A stretch of DNA of 64,000 bases. Origin: a virus (lineage: Duplodnaviria; Caudoviricetes). The notes beneath the pieces are model-generated. The model worked only from the letters and a program-made list of their open reading frames with translations. It was not told the DNA's origin and did no database searches. Where the stretch lies: the IMG/VR virus record IMGVR_UViG_3300031867_000015, positions 32,001-96,000 of that record; one strand, 5' to 3'. Below, one piece after another: positions 17,822-27,475 of this stretch (position 1 is the first letter of the stretch; each line of letters opens with the position of its first letter). The position numbers and the translations under genes are program-made.

Positions 17822-18139
17822 TTATCTGTTGTAAACGTTATCCCAATATCTCTTATACGTTGGCTCAATTATCTGTCCGTTGCTATTCCTTATTGCTCTG
17901 AGATATTCGATAGCCTTTTCGGTTTTCTCTATTCTCCTATTCAGTTCAGATATTCCGATAAGCTGTGGAGCATATGAGGGCAAGCCCATGAATCCTATTG
18001 ATGACGATGTTGGTTTACCATCCCTTGCTTTTTTATAAAGTTCCAATGCGTTCTCGTTACTTTCGATTGCCCTATCACACATCTCGTTTTGATATTCCGT
18101 ATAGGTATATCCTTTGAATCTATTATTATTCATATACAA
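17822..18139 (-). CDS. hypothetical protein
   Basis: AAGGAGG RBS. Confidence 0.7.
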   Translation of the reverse strand: MYMNNNRFKGYTYTEYQNEMCDRAIESNENALELYKKARDGKPTSSSIGFMGLPSYAPQLIGISELNRRIEKTEKAIEYLRAIRNSNGQIIEPTYKRYWDNVYNR

Positions 18140-18208
18140 TTTCCTCCTTGTATTTTATGCATTTTCTCACCCATGCTATTAAGCACAGGTGAGAATCCGT
18201 ATTGGTTA

Positions 18209-19231
18209 TTAACCTTCCATAACGAACTTGTAAAGTTCATCATTTCTTGTGATTACATTTGATGCTCTCATAGTTCCGTTGGTGCAAGCTTCGTTATAAT
18301 CCGCACTTACTGTAGCACCATCTGTTCCATCAAAGAACTGTGACAGCTTATCTCCGTAGATTGAAACCTTATCCTCATATTCTTCTTCGCTTTCATCCAT
18401 GAACTGCTTTGCTACATACAGAACAGTTATGAGATTTGCCTTTGAAGTGATACGCTTGATAATCTTCTTATCATCTGTAGCCGCTTCGATTGCAAGGTAT
18501 GTGAAGTCAAGAATTGAATTGATTTCATTAACTGTGTTTTCTCCAAATGTGAATGTCTCATATGCCTGACGTACATTCTTTGAAGAAAGTTCACTCTGGT
18601 CATTCAGTAATAAAGCAAGCTTGATAATGATATCTTCATTTGCATATCCCTTGATAGCAGTTGCAGAAAGATTATCCATAAGAAGCTTATGTGAAGCCAT
18701 TCCCTTGATAATATTAAGCTGTTTTGCCTTGATTCTTGCGTTCTCTGTTCCAGTAAGAACCTTGCCGTTGTTAAGTCTGCTCATCATTTCTGCTATTTCT
18801 TCTTCCGTAGCATCTGAGAAGTAGTACATTGTAAATACATAAGAACTTACACTCTCCTGTATATCCTCGTCCAGTTCACTGAATGTTTTACCGTTAGGGT
18901 CATATGAAGTTCCATCTTCATATTCGATAGGTTCAAGACCGCTAAGAGCAAATTCATCATTAAGATACCTTGCTACTGTTGTGAATCTCTGCTTTCCGTC
19001 AATGCAGTCATACACTGAAACTTCCTTGCCCTTGACTGTAATCTTTTCATTGCTCCTGATTGCAAATGTTGCAGGGATAGGATATCCTCTGAACATTGAG
19101 TCGATGAGAAGCGACTGTCTCTTGATATCCCATACGTAGCCACGCTGAATAGGATTGTTGAACTTGATTGTTCCATTCTCGATTGCCTTTGAAATCTGCT
19201 TTGCGCTCCAATTTACATTTGCTTTTAACAT
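18209..19231 (-). CDS. DUF262 (GmrS/ParB-Srx-like) domain protein
   Basis: IQRGYVW, LLIDS...GYPIP, IDGKQR, RLNNGKVL. Confidence 0.85.
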   Translation of the reverse strand: MLKANVNWSAKQISKAIENGTIKFNNPIQRGYVWDIKRQSLLIDSMFRGYPIPATFAIRSNEKITVKGKEVSVYDCIDGKQRFTTVARYLNDEFALSGLEPIEYEDGTSYDPNGKTFSELDEDIQESVSSYVFTMYYFSDATEEEIAEMMSRLNNGKVLTGTENARIKAKQLNIIKGMASHKLLMDNLSATAIKGYANEDIIIKLALLLNDQSELSSKNVRQAYETFTFGENTVNEINSILDFTYLAIEAATDDKKIIKRITSKANLITVLYVAKQFMDESEEEYEDKVSIYGDKLSQFFDGTDGATVSADYNEACTNGTMRASNVITRNDELYKFVMEG

Positions 19232-19298
19232 AATAATTTCCTCCTAAGAATTAACTTTAAATTTTATTTTCGGACTTGCTGTCCTTTGCTATGGTTTT

Positions 19299-19327
19299 AT
19301 TATACTATATTATTTGCTCTTTGTCAA
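19299..19327 (-). promoter_or_regulatory. early sigma-A promoter (operator family)
   Basis: TTGACA-AAGAGCAAATAATATAG-TATAAT. Confidence 0.8.
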
Positions 19328-19567
19328 GCACATTTTGAAATTTTTATTTTTTAACTTATTCCAAAATGTGCTTGACGTTTTCTTAATAGATTCTTCCATC
19401 CTTTTCGATGGTAAGAAGTCCATCCCTGTACCTTGTTTCCTTGCTTAACTCCTTGATAGCTTCTTTAGCCTTATCAAGAGTATCACATTCTCCAACAAGG
19501 ATTTCTTCGTTTCCTTTTGTAAATACTATGCTGTACTTTGACATTTAATTCCTCCTTTCATGATTCT

Positions 19568-19596
19568 ATTATACCATATACAATTCACTCTGTCAA
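19568..19596 (-). promoter_or_regulatory. early sigma-A promoter (operator family)
   Basis: TTGACA-GAGTGAATTGTATATGG-TATAAT. Confidence 0.8.
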
Positions 19597-19614
19597 GAGC
19601 AAATTGAAATATTT

Positions 19615-19956
19615 TTATTTTAACTTAATAACCCATCCGATTCCTTCCTCATGAACGCTGAATCCATATTTAACATAGAAGTCTTTTACACGTTCGCTGA
19701 TAGTTCTGGTTTCTCCGTCATTCAGAATCCCTACCATTGCATCCCATGCTTCATGGGCTTCTGATGGTGTCATTTTATAGCGTTTAAGATTCCCATTATA
19801 AAATATATCTTCCAACGCTACCTTTGCTTTTGTGACTTTTCTTGTGTCCACTGTTTTACCTCCGTTATATAATTCCGTTCTCTTTGAACTCTTTGAGAAG
19901 TCCGAATTTCTTTCCCATGCGTTCAAAGTATCTTTGCATTTCTGTAAGTTCTTCAT
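19615..19956 (-). CDS. hypothetical protein
   Basis: 113 aa co-oriented ORF. Confidence 0.65.
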   Translation of the reverse strand: MKNLQKCKDTLNAWERNSDFSKSSKRTELYNGGKTVDTRKVTKAKVALEDIFYNGNLKRYKMTPSEAHEAWDAMVGILNDGETRTISERVKDFYVKYGFSVHEEGIGWVIKLK

Positions 19957-20034
19957 AGCTTAACTGAAACTCTGACATTGTATTCTGCCATTCAATAGCT
20001 TCTTGTCTCAGCTTTTCCTTTAACTCCTTATACA

Positions 20035-20424
20035 TCACTCATACTCCTTTAAGACAGCTTCTTTTGCTGTCTCTGACAGCCGTAGTTCATATGGATATCC
20101 ATATTTATTAGGACAGATATCTCTGCCAAAGGAAACTAATCTCCATGTTCCCTTATGATATCTACATCTTATCCATGAAGAATATGGTGTCCATCTGTAA
20201 CAGTTTGGAAAGTGCTGACGGAAGTCATAAACAAATTCCGTTCCTTCAACAGCTTTCTTGAATCCTCTTGGTGTAATAATATTTAATCGTTTTTCCACAT
20301 CATTACAGATACCTTCTATTTGGTAATAGCTATAGAAGATTCTCTCTGTTGCTCCGCCCTGTATTACATTCAGCGCAGACATAATCTTTTCTGCATTGGA
20401 TTCCTTTATGACGATTTCTTTCAT
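20035..20424 (-). CDS. hypothetical protein
   Basis: AAGGAGG RBS. Confidence 0.75.
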   Translation of the reverse strand: MKEIVIKESNAEKIMSALNVIQGGATERIFYSYYQIEGICNDVEKRLNIITPRGFKKAVEGTEFVYDFRQHFPNCYRWTPYSSWIRCRYHKGTWRLVSFGRDICPNKYGYPYELRLSETAKEAVLKEYE

Positions 20425-20438
20425 GATAATGTTCCTCC

Positions 20439-20969
20439 TTACTTGATTCTGTTAAGTTCTCCACCGCACTTACAGCGGAACGACTGTGGATGTTCTATCA
20501 CTTTACTCATGCGGTATCTTCCGATTTTTGCACCGCATTTCTCACATTGTACAACGTATGTAAATTTCTTTACAACGTCCTGTTCTTTCTCATCTACTCC
20601 CTTGTCGTTATCGTTTCCGCAACGCTTTATATCTATTCCGTAACGGTCATAAACCATTTTAGCATATGTTTTCCACTGTGTACCATGACCGTGACAGTCA
20701 GGACAAGTATGAAGCAATTCATGAATCATTGTATTCATAAGTCCTTCATCCGTAGGTGTATACTTTTCATTAATCAGCTTGTAAGATATGCTGATTTTAA
20801 AATCAGCCCTTTCTCCTGTGCCTATACTCTGTCTCCATGAGGTCTGTCCCCATCTTCTTTCCGCATGAGATACAGAAAGTTCCTTGATGTCTTTACAGTA
20901 TGGGATGTTCAGTTCATCAAGCATCCTCATACACTTTTCCATATAGTTTTTAAGTTTACGCTGTGCCAT
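20439..20969 (-). CDS. SprT-like zinc metalloprotease
   Basis: HELLH, HGHG..WK, C-terminal CEKC/CKCGG. Confidence 0.85.
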   Translation of the reverse strand: MAQRKLKNYMEKCMRMLDELNIPYCKDIKELSVSHAERRWGQTSWRQSIGTGERADFKISISYKLINEKYTPTDEGLMNTMIHELLHTCPDCHGHGTQWKTYAKMVYDRYGIDIKRCGNDNDKGVDEKEQDVVKKFTYVVQCEKCGAKIGRYRMSKVIEHPQSFRCKCGGELNRIK

Positions 20970-20982
20970 AGTTTAATCCTCC

Positions 20983-21498
20983 TTAATCGTAATATCCCCA
21001 TGCTTCACGGTCTGCTATATCTCTTTCCAGTTCTGCTTCTGGTGTATGATGATAAGCAATAGCATCAGGAATTGTCCACTTGTCAAGTGAATATCCGCTT
21101 GCGCCCCCAATGTAGAAATAAAAACCTGTCTCATCCTGTTTGATATCAAAACGATGTAATGAATAAAGGTGTGGAATATCCGCTGTTAAAAGTCCTTTTA
21201 AATTCGCTTTAAGAGAAACTTCCGTAAGCTGTTCGCTTAAAAGTTTCCATGTTTCATCAACCTTATTTTTAATTTCTTTCTTTGGTGCTCCCGAAAAACT
21301 AACCATTGTCAAAGAGTTTCCACACTCAGGGTCATGTACTCTAAAAAGAAATTCCGCTGTATAAGCTGTCTCAGATTCTTCATCAAAGACCTCAACTGTA
21401 CCCTGTATATATCCCTTTAAATATCCGCTTGTATAATATACTGCGCTGTGAGTCCATGATTTATTTGCAAGGTCATTTAAGATTAAGTTGATGTTCAT
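20983..21498 (-). CDS. hypothetical protein
   Basis: AAGGAGG RBS. Confidence 0.75.
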   Translation of the reverse strand: MNINLILNDLANKSWTHSAVYYTSGYLKGYIQGTVEVFDEESETAYTAEFLFRVHDPECGNSLTMVSFSGAPKKEIKNKVDETWKLLSEQLTEVSLKANLKGLLTADIPHLYSLHRFDIKQDETGFYFYIGGASGYSLDKWTIPDAIAYHHTPEAELERDIADREAWGYYD

Positions 21499-21556
21499 AT
21501 ATGTTTCCTCCTTATGGAGAGTGAACTGTTATACAATTCACTCTCCGAATATATTT

Positions 21557-21961
21557 TTACTTGATTCCTAATTCGCTTCGTACATCCAATTCAGAAACCC
21601 TTCGTAATTCCATTGTCTGTAAATCGTTGTATGATTTGATTTCCAAACGATACATTTTGATGTAGTTATTTGTTCCATAGGTAGATGAGTTTTCAAGTCT
21701 TGATTTTACGAAAGAGTTTCCATCAACTCCGCTGTCTCTGATTCCGATGTAAAGCACATCATTTTCAAAGTTCTGAACGACTTTCTCTATCGCTGTCAGA
21801 GTATAATATAAATCGCTTGCGTAGTATTCGCAGGTCATTCCTGCCGCCTGTATAAGTTCCGTAAAGATATCCGAATAATTAATATTTGTTGTGGGTTCTC
21901 CATTGTATGAACTTGTGTAGACCTGTCCTTCGCAGGTGATTTTCTGTCCGTGATGTAACAT
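21557..21961 (-). CDS. hypothetical protein
   Basis: AAGGAGG RBS; IGIRDSGVDG. Confidence 0.75.
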   Translation of the reverse strand: MLHHGQKITCEGQVYTSSYNGEPTTNINYSDIFTELIQAAGMTCEYYASDLYYTLTAIEKVVQNFENDVLYIGIRDSGVDGNSFVKSRLENSSTYGTNNYIKMYRLEIKSYNDLQTMELRRVSELDVRSELGIK

Positions 21962-21973
21962 ATTATTTCCTCC

Positions 21974-22153
21974 TTAAAAATCAAAGTCCTCATAATCTTC
22001 CAGTGCAGATATAAGTCCGTCAAAATCCTCTGATGTTCCTAACATACTTGCAAGCATTGCAACTGTTCCGTAGTCAATTCCGTAATCATCCGCAAGACTT
22101 TCAAGATATTCCTTGCGATTTTCATATCCGTTTTCCTTATAAATGTTTGACAT
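21974..22153 (-). CDS. small acidic phage protein (59 aa)
   Basis: MSNIYKENGYENRKEYLESLADDYGI...EDFDGLISALED; AAGGAGG RBS. Confidence 0.75.
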   Translation of the reverse strand: MSNIYKENGYENRKEYLESLADDYGIDYGTVAMLASMLGTSEDFDGLISALEDYEDFDF

Positions 22154-22182
22154 ATTGATTCCTCCTTATGCTTATGTATCAT

Positions 22183-22242
22183 AGAGTGAATTGTATCTCT
22201 CTGCTATGGTTTTATTATACCATATACAATTCACTCTGTCAA
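22183..22242 (-). promoter_or_regulatory. early promoter with inverted pair of AGAGTGAATTGTAT sites
   Basis: TTGACA-N17-TATAAT 22242-22214; inverted copy at 22183-22196. Confidence 0.85.
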
Positions 22243-22266
22243 GTGTTTTTTTATTATTTTTTTATT

Positions 22267-22545
22267 TTAACTTTCTTCGTATGTTCCGATAAGATATTTA
22301 TGACCGCAGATTGATATTGTAATTTCTCCATTAGTAGTTGATACACGTTTATTTTTCTTCATCATGTTGATTCTTGCTTTCGTTTCTGAATCGTATTTCC
22401 AGAACATAACTTCTGCTGTTCTTCCGTGTACATCCGTTACATAAAATCCATCAACGGTTCTTTTCCAACCGTCATTATCTTCAATTACACGCTGTTTATC
22501 AAGCCATTTGTCTGACCAGTCAGGTGTTGCTTTTACTCTAAGCAT
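22267..22545 (-). CDS. hypothetical protein
   Basis: AGGAGG RBS. Confidence 0.7.
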   Translation of the reverse strand: MLRVKATPDWSDKWLDKQRVIEDNDGWKRTVDGFYVTDVHGRTAEVMFWKYDSETKARINMMKKNKRVSTTNGEITISICGHKYLIGTYEES

Positions 22546-22557
22546 TATTATCCCTCC

Positions 22558-23424
22558 TTAATAATCGTGTTCCATGCACCATTTGTTGAAGTCTCTTTTA
22601 GCTGATTTGAACGCTTCTTTCATAGTATCGTTCATTTCTCCACATCCAGTTGAGTAAGCCGCTTCTGCAAATCTTCCACCATACATACATTCATAGTTGA
22701 AGAACTCATGGTAGAAAGCTTTTTTCCAGAACTCAAAATTGTTTGCAAGTTCTTCCTTTGCCTTTTCAATACTTTCCGCAAGATTGTTTATTTTCTTACA
22801 AAATTCCTTAGACTTATAGTAAGCGTGAGTTATCGCACTTACATACAGTCCTTTTGTTTCTGCTCTATACCATTCTTCCATGCCCTCATGATTAAAGATA
22901 TGGAAACGTGATACATGGTTCTCTCTGTCTCCGTAGTAGTTGACAAGATAGTATTCACGGTTCTTTAAATCCGCATAAGATTTGATTGGAGTTGAAAGTT
23001 CTTCATCCGTGTACAGCTTTTCCGTAAGCTGTTTTACGTAAATTTCCTTTAACTCTGCATGAGTTTTTCCAGAACGATGAAGTTCATAGTCACCTGCGTA
23101 TCTTATCTGATGACTGTTAAAGAAAACAACCACAGAATATCCAAAGCCGTTTCCAAAGTCAATAAAATAGCAGTCATGCTCCTTTATTTTTTCATAGTCA
23201 TCACTCATAACAATAGCGATTTCCTCTGTAATAGATTCGATATCATCAATTGTCCATTTATCCACGTTCTGAGCCACAGCAAGAGCCGCTGTTCCACTAA
23301 TAATCTTATCAGGTTTTGTGATTGTCCACATCTCGTCTGATAATACAGGAGCATTGTTCTCTCCGTAATATTCATTGAGTGCCTGTCTGATGTTTTTGTT
23401 TCTGTACATTTCCTTTACGTTCAT
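22558..23424 (-). CDS. hypothetical protein
   Basis: 288 aa, AAGGAGG RBS. Confidence 0.8.
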   Translation of the reverse strand: MNVKEMYRNKNIRQALNEYYGENNAPVLSDEMWTITKPDKIISGTAALAVAQNVDKWTIDDIESITEEIAIVMSDDYEKIKEHDCYFIDFGNGFGYSVVVFFNSHQIRYAGDYELHRSGKTHAELKEIYVKQLTEKLYTDEELSTPIKSYADLKNREYYLVNYYGDRENHVSRFHIFNHEGMEEWYRAETKGLYVSAITHAYYKSKEFCKKINNLAESIEKAKEELANNFEFWKKAFYHEFFNYECMYGGRFAEAAYSTGCGEMNDTMKEAFKSAKRDFNKWCMEHDY

Positions 23425-23695
23425 AGTAATTTCCTCCTTTGATTTAGGTTTAAAACCCTTATATCAGGGCATCGGAATTTCCAATGCCCTATTATAAAAG
23501 TTCTCATACCTCTCTTACTACATTTTCTTTGACGAACTCCATATACCATTGTACGGTAAACCCTTTTTCTTTGGCATACTTTTCAAGGTATTCCAGTGTT
23601 GCATCATAAAGGGCTTTTGGAATATCTACCCATTCGTCATATTTTCCGTGACCGTTAACATATTTTAAATTTCTCTGATACATATAAGTCCCTCC

Positions 23696-24139
23696 TTATA
23701 CTTCGTGAATGTGCCATCCGTCTTTGTCAAGCAGGATATTATCTGCACATCTTTCCGCATTGTCTCCGCTGTTGTAAATGTCCATAATATATTTATCATC
23801 AATCACCTTTGTTAACTTCTGTAAATCCGCAAAGGATTTTCTTGTCTTGCTGTATGGAATTGTTCTAAACAATCCCAGTCCAGAAGATGAAGCCATACCA
23901 TTTCCACAAGAACTGAATTTACTGATATGCAGATTGATTTCCAGTCCTACCTGTCTAAAGTTCTGATACTTTTCCGAGAACCAAAGCTGTGCTTCGATAT
24001 ACTCAGTATCATTCAACTTGATGACCTTAACAGGCTGTTTCTCTCCGCTATGCATATAGAAATGTCTCAGGTCAAACTTCCAATTGTTTGACATTTTTTC
24101 GTTGTACTTCTGTACCTGTGCTGTTGTAATATTTGCCAT
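23696..24139 (-). CDS. hypothetical protein
   Basis: AGGAGG RBS. Confidence 0.75.
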   Translation of the reverse strand: MANITTAQVQKYNEKMSNNWKFDLRHFYMHSGEKQPVKVIKLNDTEYIEAQLWFSEKYQNFRQVGLEINLHISKFSSCGNGMASSSGLGLFRTIPYSKTRKSFADLQKLTKVIDDKYIMDIYNSGDNAERCADNILLDKDGWHIHEV

Positions 24140-24212
24140 AATATTTTCCTCCTAAATTGTATATATTTTACTCTATGCCATGCGAATATAAAATCCGCAT
24201 GGCTATTGTTTG

Positions 24213-24683
24213 TCAGCAAGTGAGTGTTGCTACCTTTATGGTGTCCACGAACTGTGAACCGTATATATCACGGATTCTGTTCATGGAATATCTTGAAGCC
24301 CTTCCTCCCTTCGTTTCATCATCCGCTAAGTAATAGCGTTTCTGCTTTGTGCTATATTGGAATCCCATTGACTTGATTTTTACAAGATACTTTCCTACGT
24401 TGTCAAGCCATATCCAACCGCCTATTATCTCGATACGGATATCCGAAAAGTGTATCAGCTTTTCAATTATCCCTCTAAACTTCTCAGGGACTTCTTTTGA
24501 AGCTTTTTCCTTTTCCTTTTTGTTTCCGTGAGTAGCGAAATACTTAATCATTTCATCGTATTCGCTGTTGATTTTCTGCATTGTCTCCACATCACCGCCC
24601 ATGTCAGGATGATATTTCCTGCACAGCTTGTGATATAATTTTTTCAGTTCATCCAGTGTCTTGACTTCTTTGAAAAAATTCAT
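24213..24683 (-). CDS. J-domain (DnaJ-like) protein
   Basis: ELKKLYHKLCRKYHPDMGG...MQKINSEYD (HPD). Confidence 0.85.
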   Translation of the reverse strand: MNFFKEVKTLDELKKLYHKLCRKYHPDMGGDVETMQKINSEYDEMIKYFATHGNKKEKEKASKEVPEKFRGIIEKLIHFSDIRIEIIGGWIWLDNVGKYLVKIKSMGFQYSTKQKRYYLADDETKGGRASRYSMNRIRDIYGSQFVDTIKVATLTC

Positions 24684-24703
24684 ATATGTTCCTCCGTTTC
24701 CAA

Positions 24704-24765
24704 AGAGTAAATTGTATATCTCTTTGCTATGGTTTAAGTATATCATACAATTCACTCTTTGTCAA
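24704..24765 (-). promoter_or_regulatory. early promoter with inverted operator pair
   Basis: TTGACA-N17-TATACT 24765-24737; AGAGTAAATTGTAT at 24704. Confidence 0.8.
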
Positions 24766-24795
24766 GTAGTTTTTATATATTTTTTTGTTTTAACT

Positions 24796-25026
24796 TTATC
24801 CCTCCCATTCTCCGTAAAGTCCCTGTGGCTTTTCAAAAAAGCTGTCGTTTTCTGCATCCACAAACACATCACAGGGCGCACGATGAAGCAGTTTTGATAT
24901 CTCAATAATAGCTTCATCCCTTGGTTTATCCGTTGTATATGTTCCTACTTGTGAAGCATAAGTCCACGAACCATCAGGAATTTTTGCGATAACTCCAAAA
25001 GTATAGGAAGTATAGGCTGTTTTCAT
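24796..25026 (-). CDS. hypothetical protein
   Basis: ATGA-coupled to upstream gene. Confidence 0.65.
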   Translation of the reverse strand: MKTAYTSYTFGVIAKIPDGSWTYASQVGTYTTDKPRDEAIIEISKLLHRAPCDVFVDAENDSFFEKPQGLYGEWEG

Positions 25027-25220
25027 TCTTCATCATCCTCCATATAATCATAGTCAATATCAAGTTTATCCATAAGTTCTTCCAATGCCATGACCTGTGC
25101 AGAACACCACTGATACTGCTCTCTTTTCCGAACGCTTCTTCTGTCCTCATCGTATGCCTTTTCAGCTTCTTCCTCTGCCTTTAAACATTCCGCATAATAT
25201 TCAAGTATTTTCTGTTCCAT
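25023..25220 (-). CDS. acidic hypothetical protein
   Basis: AGGAGG RBS. Confidence 0.7.
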   Translation of the reverse strand: MEQKILEYYAECLKAEEEAEKAYDEDRRSVRKREQYQWCSAQVMALEELMDKLDIDYDYMEDDEE

Positions 25221-25224
25221 GATA

Positions 25225-25449
25225 TTATCCTCCTATCTTTTCCGATATGATTTCCAGTACCCTTTTCTGTGTAGGAATATCCCACATACCGCCTGTACTG
25301 AATCCATCAATGGTCATATTCTGAATAGACTTTCCATAAAGTTTGATACCTATGATATGACCATCAACTTCAAAAGTTCCGTTTAACCATTCGTTTTTGA
25401 AGTTGCGCATATGGTTTTTAACCATTGCAAGAAATTCCGCTTTATTCAT
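25225..25449 (-). CDS. hypothetical protein
   Basis: AAGGAGG RBS. Confidence 0.7.
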   Translation of the reverse strand: MNKAEFLAMVKNHMRNFKNEWLNGTFEVDGHIIGIKLYGKSIQNMTIDGFSTGGMWDIPTQKRVLEIISEKIGG

Positions 25450-25471
25450 AATAATCCTCCTTATGTATCAT

Positions 25472-25531
25472 AGAGCAAATTGTATATCTTTGCTGTGATT
25501 ATATTATATCATATACAATTTGCTCTGTCAA
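25472..25531 (-). promoter_or_regulatory. early promoter with inverted operator pair
   Basis: TTGACA-N17-TATAAT 25531-25503; AGAGCAAATTGTAT in both orientations. Confidence 0.85.
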
Positions 25532-25558
25532 TAGCTTTTTAAAAAGTTTTTATTTTAA

Positions 25559-26047
25559 TTAATCCGTAACTCTTACAGTTTCCTCAAACGGATTAATCTC
25601 AATGTCAATTGAACCTGTTGTATCATCCGTAAACTCATAATAGATATGCGCTGTTGTAATTTCCGATATAGTCAGTTCATACTGTCTACACGGCTCTCCA
25701 TTTACAAAGTCTATCTCATAATAGAGCATAAGATTATCCACAAAATCTTCACGCTCCATATATTCAGTTGTGTAATTTTCCCACGCTATATCAACAATAG
25801 TTTCCTCATCAAGCGTGATTTCGTTTCCATACGTGCAGTTATCTTCGTACCGTTTCCGTACTCCTACGGCATCCGCTATGGTTAATTCTCCGTCACCGTT
25901 GAAGTCAAGGTGTTCATGGTATTCCTCATTGATTACCTTATCAATTATGATATCTGATATCTCAGGGGATATCCATGAATGATAGTTTTCCGCAGGTTGT
26001 GGTGTACCTGCAAGAAGTGAAAAGCACATAAATAAAGTTTTTAACAT
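25559..26047 (-). CDS. secreted acidic protein with a single dockerin/EF-hand-like repeat
   Basis: signal peptide; LDFNGDGELTIADAVGVRKRY. Confidence 0.7.
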   Translation of the reverse strand: MLKTLFMCFSLLAGTPQPAENYHSWISPEISDIIIDKVINEEYHEHLDFNGDGELTIADAVGVRKRYEDNCTYGNEITLDEETIVDIAWENYTTEYMEREDFVDNLMLYYEIDFVNGEPCRQYELTISEITTAHIYYEFTDDTTGSIDIEINPFEETVRVTD

Positions 26048-26050
26048 GAT

Positions 26051-26288
26051 TATTCCTCCGTATAGTCTGTATCATCATATTCGCATGGTGCTTTATCGTC
26101 AGGGCATCGGTTCTCCCAGTGACAACAAGCACGTTCTTCGTCATCTTCTTTCCAGAAGTAGCAACAGTAACGTATGGTTCACCTATAGTCAATGATGTTT
26201 CCAGACCTATTGCATTAGCCTTCTTTGCGAACCTGTTAAACTGCTTTTGCAGTTCTTCCAAACGGTTCATAAAAATCGTCATTTCCAT
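26051..26288 (-). pseudogene. probable deletion fusion of two genes
   Basis: 5' MEMTIFMNRLEELQKQFNRFAKKAN; 3' alternate frame CYFWKEDDEERACCHWENRCPDDKAPCEYDD* has no start. Confidence 0.45.
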
Positions 26289-26367
26289 AACAGTACCTCC
26301 GTGATATGTATTAAGTGCAATGGCACTTTATGAAGCCTATCGAAAAATCCGATAGGCTTGAAAAATG

Positions 26368-26568
26368 TCAATACACAAAGTCAGTGTAAACAGTTTTGTT
26401 TCCGTCAAAGTATCGTGAATAGCTGATATCGTCACATCTTCCGCAGTCGTATTTCTTTTCAGTTCTGTCATATTCTCCCTTGATGTAAACTTGACTATCT
26501 GTAACGTGCTTTTCTCCATGTGGTTTAAGGGCGAATAAATCGCCCTTTTTGAGTTCTTTTAATTTCAT
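26368..26568 (-). CDS. hypothetical protein
   Basis: GGAGG RBS; MKLKELKKGDLF. Confidence 0.75.
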   Translation of the reverse strand: MKLKELKKGDLFALKPHGEKHVTDSQVYIKGEYDRTEKKYDCGRCDDISYSRYFDGNKTVYTDFVY

Positions 26569-26569
26569 A

Positions 26570-27151
26570 TTATCCCTCCATTGGCATTGGTGTTAATCCG
26601 TAGTCAGCACATTTGCTGACTACTTCATTGTATGTAAGTTCCTTGACAATACGCATATTACCTGCAATTATCCAAGTTCCAAACATATTTGGATTGGTCT
26701 TGTAACGGTAATATCCGTGAAGGTCTACCATTTCAAGCTGTGCATTTTTAGGAATGATTTTTCCCTGTTTGTTTCTGCCTTTTTCGTTTGCCATAGGCTG
26801 ACAGTCAACAGTTGTTTCATATTCCACTAAGCACCAAACATGGTCTTTTTTCTGCACTTTGTTAAAACGTCTGCCTGTATTCTTTTCCAGTTCTGCACCA
26901 TTATCGCAATAGTGTTTTCCGTATATGTGCGTAACATACGGACATTCCTCGTTTAAGTGCCAACCGCCACGGTAAGCAAGTTCTCCAAGCTTGCTTTTAA
27001 CCTTGCCAGACTTTGTGCGTTCTCCGCACTTTGCGAACATCCATGTATTCATGGGAAGGATTTCACTTGCATTGACATACAAGGGATGAAGATTTCCCTT
27101 GCTGTCTTTTCTGAAAAGTTTATATCCGTGAGCTGTTTTGATAATACTCAT
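26570..27151 (-). CDS. phage hypothetical protein
   Basis: GYKLFR...LHPLYV...LAYRGGWH...YYRYKTNPN; AGGAGG RBS. Confidence 0.8.
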   Translation of the reverse strand: MSIIKTAHGYKLFRKDSKGNLHPLYVNASEILPMNTWMFAKCGERTKSGKVKSKLGELAYRGGWHLNEECPYVTHIYGKHYCDNGAELEKNTGRRFNKVQKKDHVWCLVEYETTVDCQPMANEKGRNKQGKIIPKNAQLEMVDLHGYYRYKTNPNMFGTWIIAGNMRIVKELTYNEVVSKCADYGLTPMPMEG

Positions 27152-27193
27152 GATTATTTCCTCCTATTATGTATTTAGTAGTATTTCCAGTAG

Positions 27194-27475
27194 TCAGGGC
27201 TTTAGACCTTTTGACTGGTAACAAGCTACATTAACGGTGCATCCGCACCGCCTATCTGTATTCGTATCTGTATTCGGTGGACGTTCCGCAAGTTGTGGGA
27301 TATTCCCTCCCTTGCTTTCCGTGATGTTGGTATGATATTCAGTTGACGGAATTTCCTCCGCTGTCTGCATTGGAATTTCCGTCAGAATCTTTGCGTATGG
27401 TGGTAGTTCCGCAAGGTAATCAAAATACGTTGTCCCTTGCCAAAGGTAAAAACGTCTATGGTATTTTCTTGTCAT
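27194..27475 (-). CDS. hypothetical protein (doubtful)
   Basis: TAATG coupling to upstream gene, but low-complexity product rich in RCGGA motifs. Confidence 0.4.
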   Translation of the reverse strand: MTRKYHRRFYLWQGTTYFDYLAELPPYAKILTEIPMQTAEEIPSTEYHTNITESKGGNIPQLAERPPNTDTNTDRRCGCTVNVACYQSKGLKP

